From: Massalongia carnosa
Taxonomy: Eukaryota
Direction of reading: 5' to 3'
Assembly: GCA_965645245.1 (NCBI GenBank)
Contig: OZ287074.1
Coordinates: 186,001 to 250,000, forward strand
DNA: 64,000 nucleotides
The position numbers and the translations under genes are program-made. Of the stretch, positions 9,158-20,133 are shown piece after piece (position 1 is the first letter of the stretch; every line of letters begins with the position of its first letter). The notes under the pieces are model-generated. The model worked only from the letters and a program-made list of their open reading frames with translations. It did no database searches and was not told the origin of the DNA.

Positions 9158-11566
9158 CGCCGCGGAATGGGTTGGGTTGGGTTATTAAAATGAGAACCCA
9201 ACCCAATAGGTTTTGGGTTGGGTTGGGTTATCGTTGGGTTACCCAACAGAAAAATCTGCGAGTGTAAATGATGACTACTAGCAACTACCACAAAACACGA
9301 ATGCAATATTATCACATGAGTTAGGATTTTCAATCGTTGTAGATTTAATTTAATGACTATCACAAAGTAAAATATAGATTATAGATTAAAAATTTATTTC
9401 GTTGACGTCGAACTACCATAGAGACTATCACAAATTCATATGCTATCTTCTATCGAATATCGAAGTATGTCGCCCATTTATCGCTTCCTATTCAAAACTC
9501 GTAAAGAAAGTCTCTCGCCATCTCTTCCTTTACTCTCCACCTTCTTGTTACCCCAACCCTCTCCACCCCCCTCCTCTACCTTATCCTCCACCACACCCTC
9601 CTCCTCCTCCTCCTCCTCCTCCTCCACCTCATCCACTACACCCTCTTCCTCCTCCTCCTCCTCCTCCTCCTCCACCTCATCCACCACACCCTCCTCTATC
9701 ATACCCTCCTCCACCTCCTCGCTTGATGGAAGCCTACCCCTTCTTGTGCGCGTTGCAATCCTCTTATTCCTATCGCGTTGCTCGGAAATGGAGTTTCTGT
9801 TATTGTAAGTTCGTTTCTTACTTTTCTGTAGAATAATTAGCTCAAGAAGACACGAAAGTAAGTGACTCGATGCTTACATCTCGCGCTGAGACCTGCTCAA
9901 CCTGCGATGACCCGATCTGCGTTAACTGGTCCTCGTCATTGTTATCGTCTTCTTCATCACTAATGTAGACCTTCTGAAAAACCTGTGTTAGGTCTTCATG
10001 TCGACTTTGCATCTCATTAGTCAAATCCTCAAGACTCATGCTTTCTTCTTCTTCCAAATCTACGTGTAAACTTGCATCTGCATTCTCCTTCTGATCGTAG
10101 AAACGAACCATCATCATCGCGGAGAATGTATCCGGATGAAAATTCTTGCGATGATCGTAAAGGGCTCCCGCAACGCTAAAAACGCGCTCACATCTAACGC
10201 CAGCTGCTGGTATAGCAAGGATGTCCCTGGCAACCATACTCATTTGTGGAAATTCCGGCTCGAGATCTTTCCACTGTTGTAGAATAGGACCCGAACGATC
10301 ATGCATTGCTGTGTATTGTAAATAAGTTGAACACAATGAGAAAAGATTTATTGTATCAGTTAACCTACCTCGCTGACGATAGCAGTTGAACTCGTCATCT
10401 AGAGCGAGCGGAGTAGCATTATTCGTACTCAGAAGAAGATCCAGATTATTCAAGTCTCGAATGACCGCGACATTACGCCCGCGTACTTGTGAGGTTTGAG
10501 AATTCTCGTAGATATCGAATTCCGCTTCCAGAGATTGCCAATATTGATCTTCCCATTGACTTTCCACATAGGGCGCATCCCAATTGGGACCCTTGAAAAT
10601 CAGGTCCTTCTTATTGGGAGATAGCAATGCCGCCTTTCCATACAGATAACCTAATGACCCCTGAGTTTTAGAATAGTATTGACGTAATTTCGTTGCAGCC
10701 GCCTCGATGCCATTCAATAGCGCACGTTTCCACGAGACTCGCTTACGAGATAATCTTGCGCGAGCTTGATCCAGATGATCGAACAGCTTATTGTAGATCT
10801 CGAACACCTGATGAATGGTCGGTTGCTTTGATTGACCAATCATCTTTGTGAAGTCGCAGAATAGCTTCGTTAAATCGATAAGATATTCTATCTGTGACCA
10901 TTCCACGTCGAGCAATCTTAAATACTCGGCTTCATGTTTATCATGATATCTATTCAGCGCTTGTCGCAACTTGAGCGCTCGAATTAACATGTGACATGTG
11001 TAGTCCCATCGAGTATTTACATCTTGAAAAAGCTTAAGTACTGTACCGCTGACCGAGTTTCCAGTGCGTCTCTCTTCGTCATTCAATGCTCGTTGAACAG
11101 CGTAGAAGTTCTCCTTACGTAAATTGCTACTGTTAATGTAAACAGCTAATGCTCGAACCTAATCGAAATTTAGAACGACTACCACAACGACTACCACAAA
11201 ATAAATCTTGCCTTAGCTAGCGTAAGGGGAACTCCAGGTGTCGGGTTTTCGAAATCCCGTCTATCTTGCTTATCATCCCAGCTAGTTTTGAAATCGGTAT
11301 TTTTGGGATTAATGTGAATACACCCAAGTAGCTGTTTCACGGCAAGTTGAATTACATGCGATAAACAAGGCACTCGCTGTATCTCATTAGCATCAGTGTG
11401 TAGAAGTGCCAAGGCTCGATTGCTTCGTATCATTCGTCGCAACTCATCTACCATCGTTGTATTATTAGATGCACTGTCCGTGGTTAATGCCAAAACACGA
11501 TCTTCAATAGAATGTCTGATTAAAACGCTGTTCAATACTTCAGCAAGTTTTATTCCCGTGTGTGAG
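9158..11566 (-). mobile_element. hAT DNA transposon, 3' half; 5' half missing beyond element B
   Basis: Terminal region 9158-9250 has clustered GGGTT/AACCC subterminal repeats in both orientations; contains a hAT transposase. Confidence 0.8.
9478..11566 (-). pseudogene. hAT transposase (multi-exon, N-terminally truncated)
   Basis: SHTGIKLA, LTTDSASNN (catalytic D), RVPCLSHVIQL (CxxH), DVNTRWD, and hATC dimerisation domain (MVARDILAIPAAGVRCERVFS). A predicted intron at 9826-9877 adds a basic and Glu-rich last exon ending at 9478. Confidence 0.88.
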
Positions 11567-11941
11567 TGTGAGGGATAAAACGAGTTCAATTTCAATAGCC
11601 TAGTTCTACACCAAAATCTTCAGACGAAGTCTAAAAGCTTTACTCGGGCGGAGTTCTATAACCCCTGAAAAGTCGGTTCCTCGGCACATTACCTAATCGA
11701 TGCTAGTCTGATGTCAGGTGACCTCAGGACCCTGACACTACCCCTCCTCTGAGACGGCGGCTCCGGACGTCGATGGTTGACTGTTATTCATGAATAGGAC
11801 ATCCTTTGGGGCGTTGGGTTTTCCTTTATTGTCTGTATGAAATTTTCTGATTTCTTCTTTGGCGCGAATGAAATCAGTCCATGGCTGCCAAGGTGGGTTT
11901 GCGTTCCAGTCATCCCATGAGCCGATATAGGTTGCTTTATA

Positions 11942-12251
11942 TGAAATATAAATTCACTTTGTAGGTATAGTAGCATGATTGTCATTGAAGGTGATTATCT
12001 ATGTGGGCTATTTGTCTGCTTTATATAGCAGTCACAAAACAGTCACATCTAGGAGGTCAGACCTTGTCCCCCTAACGGTCAGACCTTGTCCTCCTGACGG
12101 TCAGACCTTGTCCCCTGACGGTCAGACTTTGTCCCCCTGACGGTCAGACCTTGTCTCCCATCTCTGCTTGTTTAGGCACTTTGCAAGGCACCTCCCGAGG
12201 CTCATGATGGATGCCCATGATGATGGTGGCCTCATCATCTAACATCCAACA
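11942..12251 (-). mobile_element. Solo LTR of an unrelated family (310 bp) inserted in the chromodomain of element B
   Basis: Minus strand reads TGTTGG...TTTCA, flanked by CTTTATA on both sides. Removing it restores QYKATYIGSWDDWNANPPWQPWTDF. TATATAAAG box at ~12019-12027. Confidence 0.8.
12055..12157. repeat. Five 21-22-bp tandem repeats (GGTCAGACCTTGTCCCCTGAC-like) in U3 of the solo LTR
   Basis: Directly visible tandem array without unique spacers. Confidence 0.9.
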
Positions 12252-15200
12252 CTTTATACTGAGTGCCGTATTTCTTAGTTTCACGGCAGTCGACGATTTC
12301 GAGGACTTCATATTCTTCATGAGGACTGGATTCGGCGTCTTCTTGAAGCAGTATCCGGGGACCCGGTTCAATAAGTTGACCGGGGAATGGGTTCGTAGGA
12401 GCCAGATGAAGTTTCCATGGATGAAATATGGGTGTGAGCCCCACTCTTTTCAAGTGTTCGGGAATTTCCAATTCATAGGCCTTGTTATCTATGTTTCGGA
12501 TGATTTTCCATGGCCCCGCGTTTTTGGAACTCAAGGAGCGACTCTGCTTGTCGACGGAGAAATCTTTGGTGTTGACATATACCATGTCTCCTATCTTGTA
12601 GTCTGGATGTGGGGCCCGCGACTCATTGGCATATCTCATCTGATCTGCCTGTGCCCAGGTTAGGTGCTCGATAAGCCATTTGGTCATGGCTTCTTGTCGG
12701 GCGGTTATTTTGTCTGCCGACATCAGTTCCGCGCGTCCGGTGACATTTGAGTCAAAAGGCTGAGGCGGCTCCGAGCCACTACGAGGGTGATAACCGTGAT
12801 CAGCGAAGAAGGGGGACATTCCGGTTGAAGCGTTCGTATGATTATTGACTGCAAATTCGGCATCTGGTAAGTAGTCCACCCAGTCGTCTTGAGCATGTCT
12901 GACGTATGCTCTCAGGTAGTTCTTCATAACCTTATTCGCATTTTCGGTTTGACCATCTGTTTCTGGATGATGCGCGGAGGACGGTTTCGATTTGACTCCT
13001 AATCGCTGACAAATTCGCTTCCACAGATGGGCTGTCAATTGCGTCCCGCGATCGTGGATGATGGAGTTTGGCAAGCCGTATGTTGAAAAGACCCGACGTT
13101 TGAGGACTTCTAGTACGTCCTTCGTGCCTATATCCACCATAGGTTCGTACAACCTACGTTTGGTCAATCTGTCCACGATAACCAAGATATTTTCGTACGT
13201 CCGGCCCCGTCTGTGACATTTGGGCAGTTTGACTACAAAGTCCAGAGATAAGTCTGTCCATTTTCTTTGAGGTATGGGTAGTGGGGCTAATAGTCCCTGT
13301 TTCTGATCGTTGTACGCCTTGGACCTTCGGCATGTAGAGCAGTTAGTAGCGTATCTTCGACAATCATCCTTCATGGACATCCAGAAATAGTTCTCCAGCA
13401 TTTTGGCATACATGCCTCGATACCCGGGTGTCCTTGCATCGGGGGATTATGATGATCCGATAAAAGACGCAGCTTCAGCTTGTCGAAATTCGGAATGAAG
13501 AGGCGTGTTTTGTAGTATAGTCTTTCGTGACGGACTTCCAAGTCACCCATCGCCAGTCTCAGCCCGTTGCTTAGAATTTTATCGGGCAATTTCTTCAGAT
13601 TTTCCAACTTAGCCTTCATGACTTCCTGAATCATTGCGTCTTCTTGATATGCCTCCGCTAAAAAATTTTCTAATAATTCATCAGGCTTTTCTGCATCCGA
13701 ATCATCATTCGAATTGATTGTGAACTCCTCTACCGTCAAGTCCTCTACTTCCTCATCCCTGATTTGATCGGATGAGTCAGTAGTAATGTTGTCTTCAACC
13801 CGTTCTCGATTGGCCATGGATCTGGTTGTCACGTACAGCTTCAGGTCCTGTTTCACTTCATCGTCCAGCTGATTTTCTTTTAGCAGCACCTGATATTGAT
13901 ATCTGGTACGATCATCCTCCGCGTCCATCGGCAGATCTTGCTCTCTTCTGGTGAGGGCGTCCGGTTTGCCCCCTTGCTTGCCTGGTCTATACATAATGCG
14001 AAAATTATATTCCGCCAGCATCTCAGCCCAACGCACTTGACGGCGATTTAGTTGTTTCAAAGTCATGAAGGTCTCCAGATTCTTATGATCTGAGTAGACC
14101 TTTGTTGATTGCTCCACTCCCGCTAGCTCCGGTCTCCAGATGACGAAACTTTCTACGATGGCTAGGAGTTCTTTATCGTAGATCTCATAATTGCATTCGG
14201 CGGGGCTCATCTTCTTCGAGAAATAAGCCACGGGTTTCAGAACGCCTTCATGCATCTGAGAGAGTATCCCCGATACTACGAAGTCAGATGCGTCTGTCTC
14301 CACCCAGGTCTCTAGCCTTGGGTCGTAATGAGCAAGAATCGGCGCAGAGGTAAAAGAAATCTTCATGTCTTCGAAAGCTTGCTGACATTCAGTGGTCCAC
14401 ACGAAGTCTTGATACTTGGTGCGTCTCTTTCCGCCTTTCGTGACATATTGCTCTCCGCGGGTTAGCTCGGTCAGACACTTCACCTTTTCGGAGAATCGCT
14501 CAATGAAGCGACGATAGAAGTTAGCGAATCCAAGAAAGGACTGCACCTCTTTTACTGACGCGGGCGTCTTCCATTCTAGTATGGCCGTCACCTTTTCTGG
14601 GTCCATTCTAACGCCATTCACCCCCACGAACATTCCGAGGTACTTGACTTCGGAGACAGAGAATTCACACTTGTCTATGTCCAGTTGAAGTCCTCTTTCT
14701 TTCAGACGACGAAGTACCTTCAGTACCTGCTCGATGTGCTCCGTTTCTGTTTCACTGAACACCAGTACGTCGTCCAGATAGGCGGTGACGAAATAATCTA
14801 AGTATTCTCGCAGGGAGTTATTGATATAGCTCTGAAATGTTGATGGAGCGTTGCATAGTCCGAAGGGCATCACAAGATATTCAAATTGACCGTATCGAGT
14901 ATTGAACGCCGTGAGCCACTCTTGTCCCTCTTTAATCCTCATCCTATTGAATGCATGAATGACGTCCAATTTAGTAAACCACTTTGCTTTGGCGAGTTTC
15001 GCCAATGTCTCGCTGATCAATGGAATGGGGTATCGACTTTTCTCCGTGATATTATTCAGATCTCGATAATCTACGCAAAAGCGAAGACCCCCGCCTGGTT
15101 TCCTGACTAATAGTACCGGCGCGGCCGCCTTTGACGAGCTCGGACGAATAAACCCTTTTGCTAAGTGCTCATCTAGATATTTTCTTACCGCGGTCAATTC

Positions 15201-16133
15201 CTGTTCGGACATGGGCCGATAATTCTTGATGAACGGGGGCTCGATCCCGGGCATCAAATTGATTTCGTGATCCTCTTTTCGATGAGGTGCCAACTCATCT
15301 GCCTTAGCCCTCATGAAGACTTCAATCTCGCCATGATAGGCCTCGGGTACTCGTTTTTTCAATTCTTCCAGAGTATATTCGACTTTGTCTTTCATGAACT
15401 TCTCATGATCGTCGCTGGTGACTGCGTTGATACTTGAAGCAGTCAGAAGCTTCTTCTCGTACCTATCTAACTTCTTGTTGAGCTTTTCCCTCGGATAGAA
15501 ACAGTAAGTCTGATGACCCGATCTTCGAAGAAGTTTCATAAATCGCTTCGGGGTGAGGGACTGAATATCGAAATTTTCAAAGGCCTCGTTCTTTGCTGAG
15601 GCAGTCGTTTCCTTCTCCAAGATTGTGGATTCAAATTTTGAGACTGAATGAGATCGAGGTGCGCATCCCTTACTGACGCACCGATTGGAGAACGTCATGG
15701 TGCGTTCAACCCAATCAATGTGAGGGTTATGCTCCTGCAGCCATCCATCACCGATGATCAAGGTATGATTACCTATGTCGGCCAGATAGCAGAATAACTT
15801 TTCCTCATGATCTCCGATTCTGACGGGAACGATAACGGCCTTATCAATGATTTGATGGACTTTTCCATCCCCAAGTTCCAGTCTGACCCTGTCTCTTTTT
15901 TTTAGTCTAATGGTCTCTAGTTTTCTTTTGCGCGCAAAGGATTCATGAAGAAATTGAGCTTCACTTCCGTTATCGATCATCAACTGATTTTCATTAGAGG
16001 CTATACTACATCTAAATAAAAGATGCTTGCCCGGAACGAGATGATCGACAGAAAGAACAGATGCTCTAACAACCCTTAATGAAACTTCTCGACATTCCTG
16101 ATGGCGACTATCATCAGGAATCATTCTTTTTCC
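12235..16133 (-). CDS. pol: Pol of element B (frameshift at ~13423-13425; chromodomain disrupted by solo LTR)
   Basis: PR LMIDNGS, RT YLDD, RNaseH ETDASD, IN HPETDGQTE. ORFs 13371-16124 and 12235-13413 join as GHPGYRGMYAK if one G is added. Confidence 0.92.
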
Positions 16134-17713
16134 GAGTCCTCGGACTCGGATGAGTCTTCTCGAATGGCGACTCTACTGAGATTCACTGCTTGCCTAATGC
16201 AACAGGGGTCTCGGCCCCTATGCCCTGATCCTCTGCACGACCAACATCGGCCCTGTCGTGACAGAGTCTCTCGTTCCCCGTCCTCCAACTTGGGCGGGTG
16301 AAGCGTCCCCTCGTACCAAGCTCCTACCCATCCTTCCGGTTTGGTCGAGACCTGTCCGAATTTCGAGTTCGGGTTGGCGGAGATGGCGGAGTTGGTCGTA
16401 GTCGCTTTTGGTTTGACTGTGATCGAGGTACTGGAGGTGGCGGTCGTGGTTTTGTTTAAACCACGACCGACGGAAGAAGAAGGAGAAGTCGTCGTTTTCG
16501 CGGGCTTCTGAGATTCCGACTTCGCGTACTTCTGATTCATCTCCTTTCTTCCCTGTTCGATTTTCCTGGCTTCATGCAAGAGGGTTTCTAGACTGATGAA
16601 GTCCCGTCCCAATAGAGACAGCGCGATGTTCGGCCGCAGGGTGTCCTTGAACGTCTCAATTCTCTCATCCGCGGGGGTTTTTGCACGTTGCCAGAGTTTG
16701 AACATTCGATGATAGTATTCAGTCACCGTTTCATCTTTGTTCATGCTTATTTCTTTCAATTCCTTCTTCGCGTCCTTTGTCAAATATGCTATCCCGAGAT
16801 AGCTCTCAATTTCCTTGAAGAACGTATTCAAAGAGAGAGTGGGACCGGCATCCACTACCCAGGTGTGTATGGCGTCGAAAATGGGATCCTTCATCTGCGA
16901 TAAGGCGTAGTCGATTTTCAACTCCTCACTAGTGTACATTGGGGAGTCGGTTCTGATTTTTCTTTCCACCGTAAACGCCCATGCACTATAGGCGTCTGAG
17001 TTGGAACCGTCGAGGGCCTCCTTCGGGTTGGTGCCTTTGGGTCGATAATTGCTTAAGGGGGCAGCGACGGCGGATTGATCTTCAGTTTGACCAGTCGATG
17101 AGGTCGACGTCTGAGTAGCTTCGCGAGCTTGACGTTTCATCTCTGATATTTCACGAATGAGGTCCGAGTTTTCCGCTTTGACCTTCTGAGTCTCCAATTT
17201 TTCAGCCGCGATATCCTCCTCAAATACTAGTCTCTCGTGATCCCAGCTCTTTATCATTCGGGTCCATTCTGCCTGTAGACCTTTTAGATCTTTGTTTCTT
17301 TTTTTCAAGTCCTGATATTTCTCGATCAAGACCTCATGTTGTAGGAGCGTGCCGGCTAGAACAGTGTACCATATGTCGCCGTCTCCCTTTAGGACGAGGA
17401 CCCTTCTCAACTCTTCTCGATTGGCCACCTTGATGATCATAGCTGATTTCGACGGATTGCTTTCCGTCAGACTTCGATAAATGGCATAATTGCTTATGTC
17501 GATTTTCGGTTCTGAGGTCGGGGCCTCGATCTTCGGTTCCCTGCCTTTGTCTTTGTTTGTCGGCAAAACAGTGTCATTTCCCACCTCTTCGTCGGCGGGT
17601 TCATATTCGCCTGGTATGCTCTGTGTCGATTGTCGCGACATGGAGCGAGCTCTAGTGTTGAAGGCCGGCCCCGAGGGAGCGACATCTCTGCTGGATGATT
17701 CTAATGAGTTCAT
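16121..17713 (-). CDS. gag: Gag of element B (530 aa)
   Basis: Coiled-coil N-terminal half, gag core (MNKDETVTEYYHR), Zn knuckle CWSCRGSGHRGRDPC. Confidence 0.92.
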   Translation of the reverse strand: MNSLESSSRDVAPSGPAFNTRARSMSRQSTQSIPGEYEPADEEVGNDTVLPTNKDKGREPKIEAPTSEPKIDISNYAIYRSLTESNPSKSAMIIKVANREELRRVLVLKGDGDIWYTVLAGTLLQHEVLIEKYQDLKKRNKDLKGLQAEWTRMIKSWDHERLVFEEDIAAEKLETQKVKAENSDLIREISEMKRQAREATQTSTSSTGQTEDQSAVAAPLSNYRPKGTNPKEALDGSNSDAYSAWAFTVERKIRTDSPMYTSEELKIDYALSQMKDPIFDAIHTWVVDAGPTLSLNTFFKEIESYLGIAYLTKDAKKELKEISMNKDETVTEYYHRMFKLWQRAKTPADERIETFKDTLRPNIALSLLGRDFISLETLLHEARKIEQGRKEMNQKYAKSESQKPAKTTTSPSSSVGRGLNKTTTATSSTSITVKPKATTTNSAISANPNSKFGQVSTKPEGWVGAWYEGTLHPPKLEDGERETLSRQGRCWSCRGSGHRGRDPCCIRQAVNLSRVAIREDSSESEDSEKE

Positions 17714-18939
17714 GTTTTCTGATTAGCCTAATGATTCTGATTGTAGGTCTGAAGATTGTGTGAGGGATAAAACGAGTTCAATTTCAATAGCCTAGTTCTA
17801 CACCAAAATCTTCAGACGAAGTCTAAAAGCTTTACTCGGGCGGAGTTCTATATAACCCCTGAAAAGTCGGTTCCTCGGCACATTACCTAACCGATGCTAG
17901 TCTGATGTCAGGTGACCTCAGGACCCTGACATGCTGAATGATCGTCTCATGTTTGCTTTTGAAACTACGAGGTAGCAAGAATAAAGATCTTCATGAAAAG
18001 ACTACATATCATTTATCCTACAGACTGCAAAAGGTGGTGTGAAAGGGAGGTGGGCCATTAGCTACTGCACCAAATTCTGATGTGTTCTGTCGCTTATTTT
18101 TTTTTTTACCGCGCAGTTTCGGGGTTCAAAGTTCGGCACACTATTTTGCAAATGGGTGTAAAACAGAATATCTGAACACTGTTTGCTTTCTTGACTGACG
18201 TCTATCTTTTCGTATTCAATTAAGATATTAAATATATGATGATGATGATGATTCTTATTCCGATGTGGTACCGGCCGAAGGCTGGCCCATGCGGGCGAGT
18301 CTATCTAGTTTTATAGTACATGGAAAACCTTTTGAGGAAGAGAAACCATGCAATCCTGTGTCCGGCCGAGGACCCTCCGGGTCCCAGCCGTGTGCTCCAT
18401 GAAAAAACCTTTGACCTAAGATGTCATGAAATCGAACCAACCCGATCCAGAATCAATCCCGCAGATGAATCTGACTAAGCTCCCGTTCCTCTATTCAGCT
18501 TAGTCAGAATCTCATTAACTAAATCGAGTTTAGACCCCTCTCAACGGCTTCAGGTCAAAGCTGTACCATCACCATCAAAGCGTACCAACGACAGGAGAAC
18601 CTCATCTCCACCTTTTATCGTCAAACACCTCGTCAAACCTTCGTGCCGTACGTCTCCTAATAGGGGGAGATGAACACTGATCGAATCTTCATGCAAAGGG
18701 GTTCGAGACAAATATAAAAGGAAGGACAAGTTAATTAGATTGTTGACTCCTTGTCCGACGTCTTGTATAGCAATCCATCACCTAGCTATAGCCTTATTAA
18801 TAAAGACATCTTGATCACCCAATCCAATTCCTAGGAACATTAGTTCAATCCCCTGCCCAGTCCTTGACATTACGTCGGACCTACATCGAAAGGTGCCTTT
18901 CATAGCACTAGCCCCTGTCCCCCCTCATATTCCACCATC

Positions 18940-20133
18940 ATGTCTTCGTCTTCAGAAGAGATGACCGTCCCCCAAAATCCTCTCATCGACGAGAACGTGA
19001 AGTTGTTTCAAAACCAGTTCCAAACCAATCCTGAAGCATTCGTCGCGGAAATACGACGACTTCAAGACGAGGTGGCCCGGTTGCAGGCCGCCCCAGCTCC
19101 CGACCCCCCTATACCCACTCCAGCATCAACCTCGTCTCCCTCGTCCGTTCCGGCAATGGACCCTCAGATAGCTGCCCTCCTGCAGCTCCTTTTGACCCGG
19201 AATTCCGAGTCCAAAACCGATCTTCGTTCCGAAAAACTTCCCGACATCTCCGAGTACGATGGAGATGAAGCCAAGTTGGACTCCTGGGAACAGAGCCTGA
19301 TTCAACGGATGCACGTTAATCATGATCGATACTCCACCGATGCCTCCAAGATTGCATACGCGGAGAATCGGCTCACCATCGGGAAACGAGCTCACAACCT
19401 TATGAATGCGTATCGAGTGGATGGCATTTGTAGACTCACCACCTTCTCCGAATGGCGTTCTGCTCTTCGCCTAGCCTGCGGCAACCCCTTCGAACAAGAG
19501 GATGCCCGTAAGTACCTTCGAGAAACCCTCAAGCAAGGCTCTCTGAGTTTCGAAGAGTACAACACTCTCTTCTCTCAGAAAAAAGACCGATCCAGAATGG
19601 AAGACGCTTCGTTGATTGATGCCATGAAGGCAAACATCAACTACTCCGTTCAAACCGCGGCCGTCCACTACCGAGTCCCCGGCACCAATCTGGAGCCAAT
19701 CACCTTCGACGAGCACGTCGCAATGTGGTTAAGCACGGACCGGAAAATCCGTCAGATCCGTCATCTGGCACCCAAGGCCACGACTCCGGCTACATCAGCT
19801 CCCGCCAATCGAAGAAACGGCACCAACCTTCCTGCTGCCCCTTTCCCCCGCACTGTCGTCACGGGCACGGTCACCCCATCGATCCCAACCCCCGCCTTCC
19901 CCCCAGCTGGAGACCCCATGGACCTAAGTCAGGCCATGGCGGCTGTCAAAGGTCAGTCGTTGAAAACCGAGGGAGTAAGGAAGATCTGCGAAAATTGGAA
20001 CCTGTGCTTCTATTGCAAATTGCAACACCTCGGGTCGGCCTCCGACTGTCCAAATAAGCCTACCAAACGCCTTCGCAACATGGAAGTCGTCTCGACCCTC
20101 ACTCCCGAGACTGACGACTCGGGAAACGTCTAG
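18940..20133 (+). CDS. gag: Gag of element C
   Basis: SEKLPDISEYDG, LKQGSLSFEEY, GDPMDLS, knuckle CFYCKLQHLGSASDC. Confidence 0.92.
   Translation: MSSSSEEMTVPQNPLIDENVKLFQNQFQTNPEAFVAEIRRLQDEVARLQAAPAPDPPIPTPASTSSPSSVPAMDPQIAALLQLLLTRNSESKTDLRSEKLPDISEYDGDEAKLDSWEQSLIQRMHVNHDRYSTDASKIAYAENRLTIGKRAHNLMNAYRVDGICRLTTFSEWRSALRLACGNPFEQEDARKYLRETLKQGSLSFEEYNTLFSQKKDRSRMEDASLIDAMKANINYSVQTAAVHYRVPGTNLEPITFDEHVAMWLSTDRKIRQIRHLAPKATTPATSAPANRRNGTNLPAAPFPRTVVTGTVTPSIPTPAFPPAGDPMDLSQAMAAVKGQSLKTEGVRKICENWNLCFYCKLQHLGSASDCPNKPTKRLRNMEVVSTLTPETDDSGNV

Larger units (their letters stand above)
11567..17931 (-). mobile_element. Ty3/gypsy chromovirus (element B), same broad family as A
   Basis: LTRs at 17759-17931 (5', 173 bp) and 11567-11737 (3', 171 bp) differ by a TA indel and one C/T. 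PPT at 11738-11750. Flanks GTGAG and TGCTG do not form a TSD. Confidence 0.95.

Noticed and set aside
9168..9250. Telomere or interstitial telomeric repeat
   Set aside because: The unit is GGGTT in both orientations, not TTAGGG arrays, and it fits hAT subterminal repeats.
9402..9836. Poly-Pro extensin-like and Ser-rich ORFs on the + strand
   Set aside because: Antisense shadows of the Glu-rich last exon of the hAT transposase.
12055..12157. CRISPR-like array
   Set aside because: Units are directly tandem with no unique spacers, lie inside a solo LTR, and there are no cas genes in this eukaryotic DNA.
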